Below, piece after piece: positions 9,635 through 17,511 of a stretch of DNA of 64,000 nucleotides (position 1 is its first letter; each line of letters opens with the position of its first letter). Origin of the DNA: Methanobacteriota archaeon (GTDB taxonomy: Archaea; Halobacteriota; Methanomicrobia; Methanomicrobiales; Methanomicrobiaceae). The notes under the pieces are model-generated. The model was not told the DNA's origin. It made no database searches and saw only the letters and a program-made list of their open reading frames with translations. A program made the position numbers and the translations under genes. The DNA is taken from positions 5,258 to 69,257 of the forward strand of contig JAYEIC010000020.1 in NCBI GenBank assembly GCA_034659935.1, in the 5' to 3' direction.

Positions 9635-9853
9635 TCATCCGGAAATTTCTACGGTAGTAAGGCTAATCTGATGTAGTTTTGGAAGTTTTTGCCCCGATTC
9701 CATAATATCTTCAAGATGCAGTCTTATTGCATCTTCAATGTTTAGAAGTGCTTCCTCATAGGTATCTCCCTGGGCATAACATCCCTGAATTATAGGTACA
9801 TGAGCAAAATATCCATCTTCATCCTTTTCAATTATGACACTGTACTGAGTCAT
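9635..9853 (-). CDS. hicB: HicB-family (UPF0150) antitoxin, short form
   Basis: 72 aa. YSVIIEKDEDGYFAHVPIIQGCYAQGDTYEEALLNIEDAIRLHLE is the typical HicB N-domain. No appended DNA-binding domain. Lies 4 nt upstream of hicA. Confidence 0.7.
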   Translation of the reverse strand: MTQYSVIIEKDEDGYFAHVPIIQGCYAQGDTYEEALLNIEDAIRLHLEDIMESGQKLPKLHQISLTTVEISG

Positions 9854-10122
9854 TGTTATTCTCTATCTGAATTTATTGGATTATAACTTTTTAGTATACC
9901 AGGTTCCTGAATCTGAATTGAGTACGAGTTAACAGCATCACAAATTGCAGGAAGAATTTTTCTCAATCAAAATGAGTCGCGACGAAATAAACCGGAATAA
10001 CTTTTACTCTCTAAAAAAAGATTCATCGGTCTTAGTTTAAGGAGAATTTTTACAGAAAGTAACAACTGAGTATGAAAAGCTAATATTTTCCGCACCCGAC
10101 CTTTTCCGACAGTTATATATAG

Positions 10123-10770
10123 TTGAGCATCAAAATGCTCATGGTTTCTAATAAAGGCCTAAATGAGCTTGAAATCAAGAACACGCTTGATTACTTGCTC
10201 CCTTCTCAGGAAGTAATGCGCATAGCCGCCGAAACTGGATTTTTAGAGCGTTTAAGGAAGATGCATCCTTGTGATTTTCTGCTGACGCTTGTTTTGGGGA
10301 TTTATTCTCAGGAGGATCCAACAATTGTAAGATATCATAGATTCTATAACTCTCTGGTACCAAAGAACGTTGTGTATGAAAGCTTTTATGACAAGTTCTC
10401 TAAGGAATGCGTTGATTTTGTACAGGCATATGTTTCAGAGACTATGGAGAGAATGCTCTCAAATCGCCATGTTGAACTCATCGGTTACCTGAGGAAATTT
10501 AATGATCTCCTGATTCAGGACAATTCCATTGTCAGAATTCATTCATGCTTTGCAGACTGGTTCCCGGCCACACGTAGTCGAAAGGTTGCTGCAGGGATCA
10601 AGGTTACCTTTCTGTTCAGTGTTGTTTGTAACAGCCCAAAAACTCTCACATTTTTCCCTGAACGAACAAATGATGCCAAAACACTCAAAATTGGATCCTG
10701 GGTTAAAGATAATCTCCTTCTTATCGACCCGGTCGCCGGGTATTATCCTCCGGCAGGCCAATTCACTTAA
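10123..10770 (+). pseudogene. IS4-like (DDE_Tnp_1-type) transposase, N-terminal fragment
   Basis: 215 aa with a non-ATG start. The N-terminal region plus LLIQDNSIVRIH and AAGIKVTFLF resemble the first DDE block of IS4-family transposases. The frame ends abruptly (LLLIDPVAGYYPPAGQFT*) where a D-R-G-Y block would be expected. It abuts the 3' end of the convergent GNAT gene. Confidence 0.5.
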
Positions 10771-11312
10771 ACGTTCGATCCTATTCCATTCCCACACCCT
10801 TCTTCAATAAGTCTGTGGAAATCAATGTACATAGGAACTGTATCATCTATTTTCCCTTTTGCCACTTTGAAATCATATTTTTCATAAAACGCTGTGGAAT
10901 CTTTTTTTGAGTCAACCGTAATAAGCCGGCATCCTGACTGTTCTGAAAGAAGAATTGAGATAGCCATTATCTCATCAAGCATATGGCGTCCGATACCTCT
11001 CCTCTCAAAAGCCTTGTGAGTTGAGAGTCTGACAATTTTTAGCGCAGGATATTTACTATAAGAATAGTCGACGTGTCCATCTCTCACATCAATTCTTTCA
11101 GCCTGAATACAGTCATTCACCAGAGTGAAAAAACCGACCACCTTAGAATTCCAACAGACAAGTTTCGTTGCAGATAAACGCTCGTTCTGACTAAAAAAAG
11201 TATCTTCTTTCAGAAATTCAGTCAGATCAGAATCAGCTGATTCAAAGAGATCCAGATTGTAATCTTCAGACAAAGAGACAAATGAAAGTTCTTCTAAAAA
11301 GGATGTATCCAT
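10767..11312 (-). CDS. GNAT acetyltransferase of the toxin type (TacT/AtaT-like architecture)
   Basis: The track ORF starts at GTG 11348. The ATG at 11312 (MDTSFLEE...) lies 1 nt after the stop of the upstream 48-aa ORF. N-terminal F-x-x-x-x-x-L-x-x-FLK pattern, and an acetyl-CoA motif RRGIGRHMLDE. Confidence 0.65.
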   Translation of the reverse strand: MDTSFLEELSFVSLSEDYNLDLFESADSDLTEFLKEDTFFSQNERLSATKLVCWNSKVVGFFTLVNDCIQAERIDVRDGHVDYSYSKYPALKIVRLSTHKAFERRGIGRHMLDEIMAISILLSEQSGCRLITVDSKKDSTAFYEKYDFKVAKGKIDDTVPMYIDFHRLIEEGCGNGIGSNV

Positions 11313-11313
11313 T

Positions 11314-11460
11314 CTACTGGCGCATCTGCTTAGCTCGCTTTGCTGCACGCAGAATCATACTCTTTCCTTCTTGCGTATAGTTAGGGTGCTCCATATACTT
11401 GTGAAACCTGCGTGCGTCCTCATCCTTCAAAACAAGCCCAAACTCAATAGGTTTTGCCAT
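11314..11460 (-). CDS. 48-aa putative antitoxin-like partner of the GNAT gene (unassigned family)
   Basis: Below the ORF-track cutoff; read by hand as MAKPIEFGLVLKDEDARRFHKYMEHPNYTQEGKSMILRAAKRAKQMRQ*. Its stop is 1 nt before the GNAT ATG. A paralogue lies at 11960..12118. Confidence 0.5.
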   Translation of the reverse strand: MAKPIEFGLVLKDEDARRFHKYMEHPNYTQEGKSMILRAAKRAKQMRQ

Positions 11461-11674
11461 ATTACTCACTCCATCATCTGACTGAATATCATTTCTTTGG
11501 TATTACACTTATAATAAGATTTCGTAACCCCCAATCCATCTTTTTAGAGATGCAATACAAAAAATTGACAAGATCTCTATAGATCAAATGTAGGCTATTC
11601 TGGAATAAAACCTACCCCTGAGGTTTTTAAAAACGTTGAGATCTTTGCAATGGACAGTGAAAAAACGAGAACTT

Positions 11675-11841
11675 TAACCTGAGCCTGTCCAACCAACAAT
11701 TCCCCATATAAAACTAACCCAATTTTAAAGATACTGTAAAATTTTCGTTTTTGAGTATTGTCTGGGTGTATAATGGAACGAATTCAGTTGATCATAGTTA
11801 CTGTCCTGCCAGATCAGCACTGGTTGGACAGGCTCTAACCT
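11675..11841. mobile_element. MITE-like element: 15-bp terminal inverted repeats flanked by a 6-bp direct repeat
   Basis: GAGCCTGTCCAACCA at 11681-11695 and its exact reverse complement TGGTTGGACAGGCTC at 11821-11835. Both are flanked by TAACCT (11675-11680 and 11836-11841). The interior has no coding capacity. Confidence 0.55.
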
Positions 11842-11959
11842 TCATCTCAATTCCGGAAAATAGATATTAATATGAATAGAATCATATCAGATTGTTGTGT
11901 GGTTGATTATTTCCCAAAATCCCACAGAAAAGAATAAAATTCATTGAGCTGAGGGTAAA

Positions 11960-12118
11960 ATGGCAAAAGAAATTGAATTGGGTTTGTCCCTGAAAGGCAC
12001 CGATGCCCGCGAATTCCATAAATATATGGAACATCCTGACGATACCGAAGCTGGCCGCGAACTCATACGGGAAGCATTGCGATTGTCAGACAGGAATCGT
12101 AGTTCTTCTGAGATATGA
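11960..12118 (+). CDS. 52-aa orphan paralogue of the GNAT-associated small protein
   Basis: Read by hand as MAKEIELGLSLKGTDAREFHKYMEHPDDTEAGRELIREALRLSDRNRSSSEI*. Shares MAK-IE-GL-LK--DAR-FHKYMEHP with ORF 11314..11460. Its stop overlaps (ATGA) an 18-codon stub, MSIPFKTNFPDFGKDLSP*. Confidence 0.45.
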   Translation: MAKEIELGLSLKGTDAREFHKYMEHPDDTEAGRELIREALRLSDRNRSSSEI

Positions 12119-12193
12119 GTATTCCTTTTAAAACCAACTTTCCGGATTTCGGAAAAGATCTCTCTCCCTGAATTCACAGAAAACTCCCGCCTT

Positions 12194-15100
12194 TCAGATC
12201 ACCCCGAGATCAATAACACCTGCGTCAGGCACCATCTCCTTTAACATTTCAGCAGTCAGGGGATGACAGGTAAAGTACAGGATCTGATTTTCAGATGAGA
12301 CTGTACGTATTGCCTCACATGTCTTTAGAGCTCTTTTTGGGTCAAAATTTACGAGAATATCATCAAAGACCAGTGGCAGGCGTTCAGAATGTTTCCCAAA
12401 CTCCCTTATAAACCCAAAACGGAGTGCAAGATACAGTTGTTCGACAGTCCCGCGTGAGAGTTCGCTAATCCCCTTCCTGTGCCTGTCAGAGTCTTCAACA
12501 AAGATATCACGGGTATCGACCTGTGAGAAGATATGCCTGTATCGCCCTCCGGTAATCTCAGAGAAAAAACCTTCCGCCTCCTTAATAACCGCAGGCTGCC
12601 GCTCCTTCTCATAGAAATCAGTTGCCATATCCAGAATTTGCCTGGCCATCACAACAGATGCCCACTCTCTGGACTTCTCATGAAGTGACCCTGCAAGGGC
12701 ACTTCTTTCCATTCTCAGTTCTGCTCCGGCATTTTCCGATTCAAGGTTCGTGATATCTCCTTTAATCCTGCCAACTTTCTGCTGCAAATCAGAAATTTCC
12801 TCAGATATCTCTTTAACACGTTTTTCGTTTTCTGTGATCTCATCATGAAGGGTCTGCGGATCCCCAGACTCCAGTTCGGCAACTGCACTCCTGTATTTCT
12901 CTCCGTCACCAAAGAGACGTACAATCTGCATCTTCGCCACAGCTGCCTGCTCTTCAAGTGCAATCCGCTCTTTTTCCAGCCCGGCATTCTTTCTGAACTC
13001 ATCCTCTGTCCGGGCCGAACCGGCAGCAAGAAGCGCAGTCAGTTTAGATTCAATATCTTCCTCTTTTTTTCTGAGGATACCTAAACTGGCAACCCGTTTA
13101 ATTTTGTCGGATTTTAACTGTTTTAACCGGTTGATCTCATCTGAAACTACATTTAAATCATGTCTCAGAAGTTCCAGTGCAGAATCAGGCGTAAGTCCGC
13201 CAGAAGATCTCCTGCAGGCCTGCAACAGTGAATTCACCTGCTTCTCAAAAGTTTCAGTAAATGACCTGATCTCATCCATCTCAGATCTAAGCCGCCGGAT
13301 TATCCCCTCTCTCTCCCTGCAGCTCTTCACAGTCTGAAAAAATTTTTCTCCTGATTCGGGTGTCAGTGCCAGGTCAAGATCATTTTCTGAGAGCCACGCA
13401 GACCATTCTCTTTTTAGTTTTCCCATCTGCAACTCAGCCGCTTCAAGTCCGTCTGCAACCGATTTACGCCTTATTTCCAGGCCACTATATTCATCCATAA
13501 GTGATGAAAGAAATCTTCTCTTTTCAACAGACGTCTTCAGTTCATCTGCCATTCTGTCAAGTGAAAAACCGATCTCTTCTAACTCTTCCGGAGCCGGGAT
13601 TACAGACAGACCCAGTATCCCGGCAAGGGAAAGCATCTCATCTCTGACAGCCGCAAGTTCACTTCTGGCACGCTCTTTTAGTGCTGCAAAATCTTTAAAA
13701 TCTCCTTTTGCATCAGACACACCCTCACTCACTTCACCGGACTGACGCCGGAAGGCCACAAGATAAGCAACTGCACCAACAAGAAGCAGTACTAACACAG
13801 ACCCTCCAATTAGCAGATCCCCGGAATACCAGCCACCGGCAAAGGCAACAACACCTGCAACAGGCATCAGAACTGCAGGCCAGACCGGCATGACATCTCC
13901 ACCTCCGGTGACAGGATTTAAAGAAGCAAAAAGCACTTCTTCCTTTTCTATCTCCCTCAGTGCCAGCTCTTTTTCCTTAAGATCCGGGAACTTTCCTCTG
14001 ATCTTTCTGACAGCAGACAGACCCGAACTGATCTTTTCTTCATTAAGCTCCGGAGATAATGACCCAATCTCCTCTTTTACCTTACCTGACTTCTGCCTGA
14101 CTGTTTCAAGTTCACGTTCTGCCTGCTCCAGTTCAGCTGACCTCTTTTGCACCTCATTGCCGGCACTATCCTGTGCCAGTTTCTGCCGGAAGATCCAGTC
14201 TGCTGAAGGTATTGAGAGATCAAAACTCACAAGTCTCGCAGCATCCCAGCCCACACCCAGTTCACCTAATGCGGAGGAAAACAACGCTTCCTCACTCTCC
14301 AGCCGAAGAGTCAGTTCTTTCAGACGCACAATCTCTGACCTGTACTTTCCAATATCGTTCCCGGCAGCGGTAATCTCATTTTTGTGCAGAAGCAGAGTAT
14401 CATCCGGATTACAGAGACCAATATCAACCTCCAGATTATCAAGTTCAGAAGTCACACCCTCAATCTGCGACTGCACGTCATCGCGGTTCTGAAGGATATG
14501 TGTAAGCCTCATCACCCCGTCTTCAGGAAATAAAGGAATTTCCGGCAATTCTGAAAGCCTTGCATCTGCCTCTCTGAGTGACAGCCAGTCATCACGGGCA
14601 GAAAAGAGATTTTTTCTCTGATTTAAGAATCCCCTGACTTCACTCCGGGTTGCTTCAAGCATTCCGATCTCAGACAACCGAGAGTCAAGCTCTGTATGTA
14701 AATCGTCATATGTGGCCAAATCATGCCCGACATCCCTTAACTTCCTCTCATTCTCCTTAATTTTATTAAAAATAACATTGATCTGCGGGTTTGTCCCCCT
14801 TTTTTTGTACAGAGCACCCTCCAAATCTGCAAGATCTTTTTTTATATCTTTTAAGGAGACTGATTTCATACCGGTTCCCGCACTATAAATCATACCCTGC
14901 ACGGCGTCACTTTTCAGTGAATCAAGATTCTGAAGTTCCTCAAGGCCAAATGCACAGACATTCTCAAAAAAATCCCTGTCTGCATCACCAAGAAGACGTG
15001 AGATCTCCTCACGCCCACCTATATTCCCATCAGGTAATGCAATCTCCACATTTTTAGGAGTACGATCAATCACAGAACGAATTCCTTCTTCAGTCTCAAT

Positions 15101-15322
15101 TACAAGCCTGCCTCCGTGTTTACCACCGGTTAATGGAGGATAGTGATTTTTCTGGCTGCGGCCTCCCGGAAAACCAAAGAGCATGCGCCTGATAAAGGTA
15201 AGAATCGTGGTCTTCCCTGCTTCATTCGGACCGGTAAATATCGTAAGTCCGGGAGACAGATCGCTTATAGAGAGATCATTAAACTGCCCAAAGCCGTCAA
15301 TGTGAATATCATCAATTTTCAT
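12194..15322 (-). CDS. SbcC/Rad50-like AAA ATPase (YhaN-type) with a central hydrophobic hairpin
   Basis: The track ORF has 1046 aa; the likely start is MKIDDIHIDGFGQF (15322). Walker A GPNEAGKTT, signature-like LSRGTVEQL, Walker B LPLVFDD, H-loop FTCH. Long heptad-rich arms. Residues ~481-528 (VMPVWPAVLMPVAGVVAFAGGWYSGDLLIGGSVLVLLLVGAVAYLVAF) form two TM-like helices. There is no CxxC hook. Confidence 0.8.
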   Translation of the reverse strand: MKIDDIHIDGFGQFNDLSISDLSPGLTIFTGPNEAGKTTILTFIRRMLFGFPGGRSQKNHYPPLTGGKHGGRLVIETEEGIRSVIDRTPKNVEIALPDGNIGGREEISRLLGDADRDFFENVCAFGLEELQNLDSLKSDAVQGMIYSAGTGMKSVSLKDIKKDLADLEGALYKKRGTNPQINVIFNKIKENERKLRDVGHDLATYDDLHTELDSRLSEIGMLEATRSEVRGFLNQRKNLFSARDDWLSLREADARLSELPEIPLFPEDGVMRLTHILQNRDDVQSQIEGVTSELDNLEVDIGLCNPDDTLLLHKNEITAAGNDIGKYRSEIVRLKELTLRLESEEALFSSALGELGVGWDAARLVSFDLSIPSADWIFRQKLAQDSAGNEVQKRSAELEQAERELETVRQKSGKVKEEIGSLSPELNEEKISSGLSAVRKIRGKFPDLKEKELALREIEKEEVLFASLNPVTGGGDVMPVWPAVLMPVAGVVAFAGGWYSGDLLIGGSVLVLLLVGAVAYLVAFRRQSGEVSEGVSDAKGDFKDFAALKERARSELAAVRDEMLSLAGILGLSVIPAPEELEEIGFSLDRMADELKTSVEKRRFLSSLMDEYSGLEIRRKSVADGLEAAELQMGKLKREWSAWLSENDLDLALTPESGEKFFQTVKSCREREGIIRRLRSEMDEIRSFTETFEKQVNSLLQACRRSSGGLTPDSALELLRHDLNVVSDEINRLKQLKSDKIKRVASLGILRKKEEDIESKLTALLAAGSARTEDEFRKNAGLEKERIALEEQAAVAKMQIVRLFGDGEKYRSAVAELESGDPQTLHDEITENEKRVKEISEEISDLQQKVGRIKGDITNLESENAGAELRMERSALAGSLHEKSREWASVVMARQILDMATDFYEKERQPAVIKEAEGFFSEITGGRYRHIFSQVDTRDIFVEDSDRHRKGISELSRGTVEQLYLALRFGFIREFGKHSERLPLVFDDILVNFDPKRALKTCEAIRTVSSENQILYFTCHPLTAEMLKEMVPDAGVIDLGVI

Positions 15323-15323
15323 T

Positions 15324-16631
15324 TTATTCCTCACCAGACCCTACAAAACGGTCAAGCAACAGTGATTCACCGTCTGAAATGATCTCCAGAAATTCTTCAT
15401 CACTGATCTCCTCTATCAGTCTCCGCCCTGATGCAGAATTTATAAGCGGGGCAAGAGATGCCCTGAGTTCCTTAAGTCTGCCGGGCTGCAATCTGATATC
15501 ATCCACAATATTCACTATATCACCAGCAAAGTCTTTCCTTGCACCCAGACGGTCACGCTCAATAAGAAGACCGGTATTATCCACAATACGTTCAACAAGC
15601 ACAAAATCTGAACCATTCAGTTCATCATCTCTCAAGTGGCGTATCAGATCATCAGAAAAACCGGGCTTCACAAGAGACATATGCATAGGGCCACGGCCTG
15701 TCAGAAGAATGCGGCAGACCACAGGAAGACCGGCAGACTTACTTCGGATATCTGAAAGGCATCCTGAAATCCTGTCAATAAGTTCACCCTCACTCCCGAT
15801 ATCAGTGATGGATACTTCAGCCACCTCCCAGCGGACGGACCCGGTTTCGACAAACACAGGATTTACTTCATTGTCAGGTCCGACTGAGACGAGATAGCAT
15901 CCCCGTGGTCCGCACTCTGCCGTAGATCTCCCCTGTGGATTCCCGGCATATATTATCGCAGGAGAATGTTCCCTTACAACTGACGGTATATGGATATGTC
16001 CAAGTGCCCAGTAGTCATAACCGGTATTCACAAGATCCTCTTCACTGCATGCCGCATATGGTTCATGTCCCTCACCCTTACCCAGAGTGCAGTGCAACAG
16101 ACCTATCGTAAACGGCCAGTTCTTCTCCTTTGACGGAAACTTCACTGCCAGATTTTCCCTGACATGCTGCACGGGGTAACTTATGCCTGCAATATATGCT
16201 TTTATCTCACCCTCAGACTCAAACGGGATGCACTCAACCGTATCACCGCTCATTATATGCACATGTTCAGGCCAGGAAAGACTTGCAGACCAGCCTGAAA
16301 GAGGGTCATGATTCCCATGGACAATATATGCCCTGATACCAGCCGCAGACAGTCTCTTAAGACCGGAAACGAACTTTAACTGAGCATACAGACTTTTATC
16401 CGAACTGTCATATATGTCTCCTGAAACCAGCAGGAAATCAACCTCATTATCGATGCAGATATCAATAATCTTCTCATACGCATTAAATGTCGCACTGGAA
16501 AGCTGACCCGCAAGTTCAGTGCTGATCTCAGACACACCTATAAACGGACTGTCAAGATGGAGATCTGCCGCGTGGACAAATTTCAGGCAGTTTTTGTCAG
16601 ACAATCCTGTTTTGTGATGGTGAACTCCCAT
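15324..16631 (-). CDS. Mre11/SbcD-like metallophosphoesterase nuclease (YhaO-type)
   Basis: 435 aa. Calcineurin-like phosphoesterase motifs DLHLD, GDIYD, GNHD, GHIH. Its stop overlaps the start of the downstream ATPase. Confidence 0.8.
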   Translation of the reverse strand: MGVHHHKTGLSDKNCLKFVHAADLHLDSPFIGVSEISTELAGQLSSATFNAYEKIIDICIDNEVDFLLVSGDIYDSSDKSLYAQLKFVSGLKRLSAAGIRAYIVHGNHDPLSGWSASLSWPEHVHIMSGDTVECIPFESEGEIKAYIAGISYPVQHVRENLAVKFPSKEKNWPFTIGLLHCTLGKGEGHEPYAACSEEDLVNTGYDYWALGHIHIPSVVREHSPAIIYAGNPQGRSTAECGPRGCYLVSVGPDNEVNPVFVETGSVRWEVAEVSITDIGSEGELIDRISGCLSDIRSKSAGLPVVCRILLTGRGPMHMSLVKPGFSDDLIRHLRDDELNGSDFVLVERIVDNTGLLIERDRLGARKDFAGDIVNIVDDIRLQPGRLKELRASLAPLINSASGRRLIEEISDEEFLEIISDGESLLLDRFVGSGEE

Positions 16632-17184
16632 TTTATAATCAATTGTATATTTTTTTTAAAGACACATAAATATATAGTCAAATGTACATCTCCTGAGTCT
16701 CTCTGACCATCACAGGCAGAAGGATTTGGTGAATTATAATCGTTAAAATAGTTTGGAGGATTTTGAATCAGCGTGCCCCGGACAGGCCATACCTGAGGGA
16801 GGTATAGTGTCATCATCCCTGTTGCAGAAATCTAATGAGAGAACCGGTGCACAACTGATAGTTTGATCATTCTGCATATAAAGTACAGGCGGGCGGTGCG
16901 AAAGTAAACCTGGTCAATATCGCCTTTCAGAAACACTTATTAAGTTATAAACCTATTGGTCAGCACTGATATGAGGTATTATGGAGGGAGAAGACAATGC
17001 CCACCAAACAGTCAGAACTGATCAATCAGTTAAAAAAAAGTGCACTCGATAGATGTAAAGAGAGGATTCTGTGCAGAGATTCAAAACCAGATAATAAATT
17101 TAAAATGCGGAAATCTTCTTCAGGCAACTCGAATGTAACAATGTCATTAAAACAGCGCCATGGTTTGTAGGGGGAAGGAGAGAT

Positions 17185-17505
17185 ATGGATGAAGAAAAGT
17201 CTCTGTTACAGCAGATAAACGAGAAAGAAAGAGAACTCTGTAAAAGGCTTGACATGGTCAGGGCAGAATCCGAAGAACGCATAGCACAGGCAAAGGAAGA
17301 CGCCATAAAAACCATCGGGAAATCCGAAATGGAAGGCAAAAAGGCAGCAGAAGAATATTATAACAAAGAGATTGAAAAAATTACACTTGAAGCTGATAAC
17401 TTAAAAAAAACTGGTATAAAAGAGGCACAATCAGCCGGAGAGCAGGGGAAAATAAATCTGCCAAAAGCCATTGAGAAAATTGTTGAAAGTATTACAGCAG
17501 AGTAG
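17185..17505 (+). CDS. atpH: A1AO ATP synthase subunit H
   Basis: 106 aa, charged coiled-coil protein. It is the first gene of the H-I-K-E-C-F-A-B-D order typical of archaeal aha operons. Confidence 0.75.
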   Translation: MDEEKSLLQQINEKERELCKRLDMVRAESEERIAQAKEDAIKTIGKSEMEGKKAAEEYYNKEIEKITLEADNLKKTGIKEAQSAGEQGKINLPKAIEKIVESITAE

Positions 17506-17511
17506 GTCACT

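Noticed and set aside
13890-14492. Long ORFs on the opposite strand of, or overlapping, confidently assigned genes. Examples: 3582..4028, 4792..5283, 13890..14492, 15379..15897, 28382..28954, 33096..33656, 45225..45650, 50771..51391, 55405..55980, 56239..56835, 59183..59743.
   Set aside because: They lie entirely within genes that have strong family signatures. Their compositions are low-complexity and rich in Ser/Pro/Arg, as is typical of antisense shadow frames. None has recognisable motifs.
16997-17170. 57-codon basic ORF (MPTKQSELINQLKKSALDRCKERILCRDSKPDNKFKMRKSSSGNSNVTMSLKQRHGL*) ending 14 nt before atpH.
   Set aside because: Its position is suggestive, but it has no recognisable family, no obvious ribosome-binding site, and no second copy to test conservation. 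Kept only as a note; Ribo-seq or comparative data would be needed.
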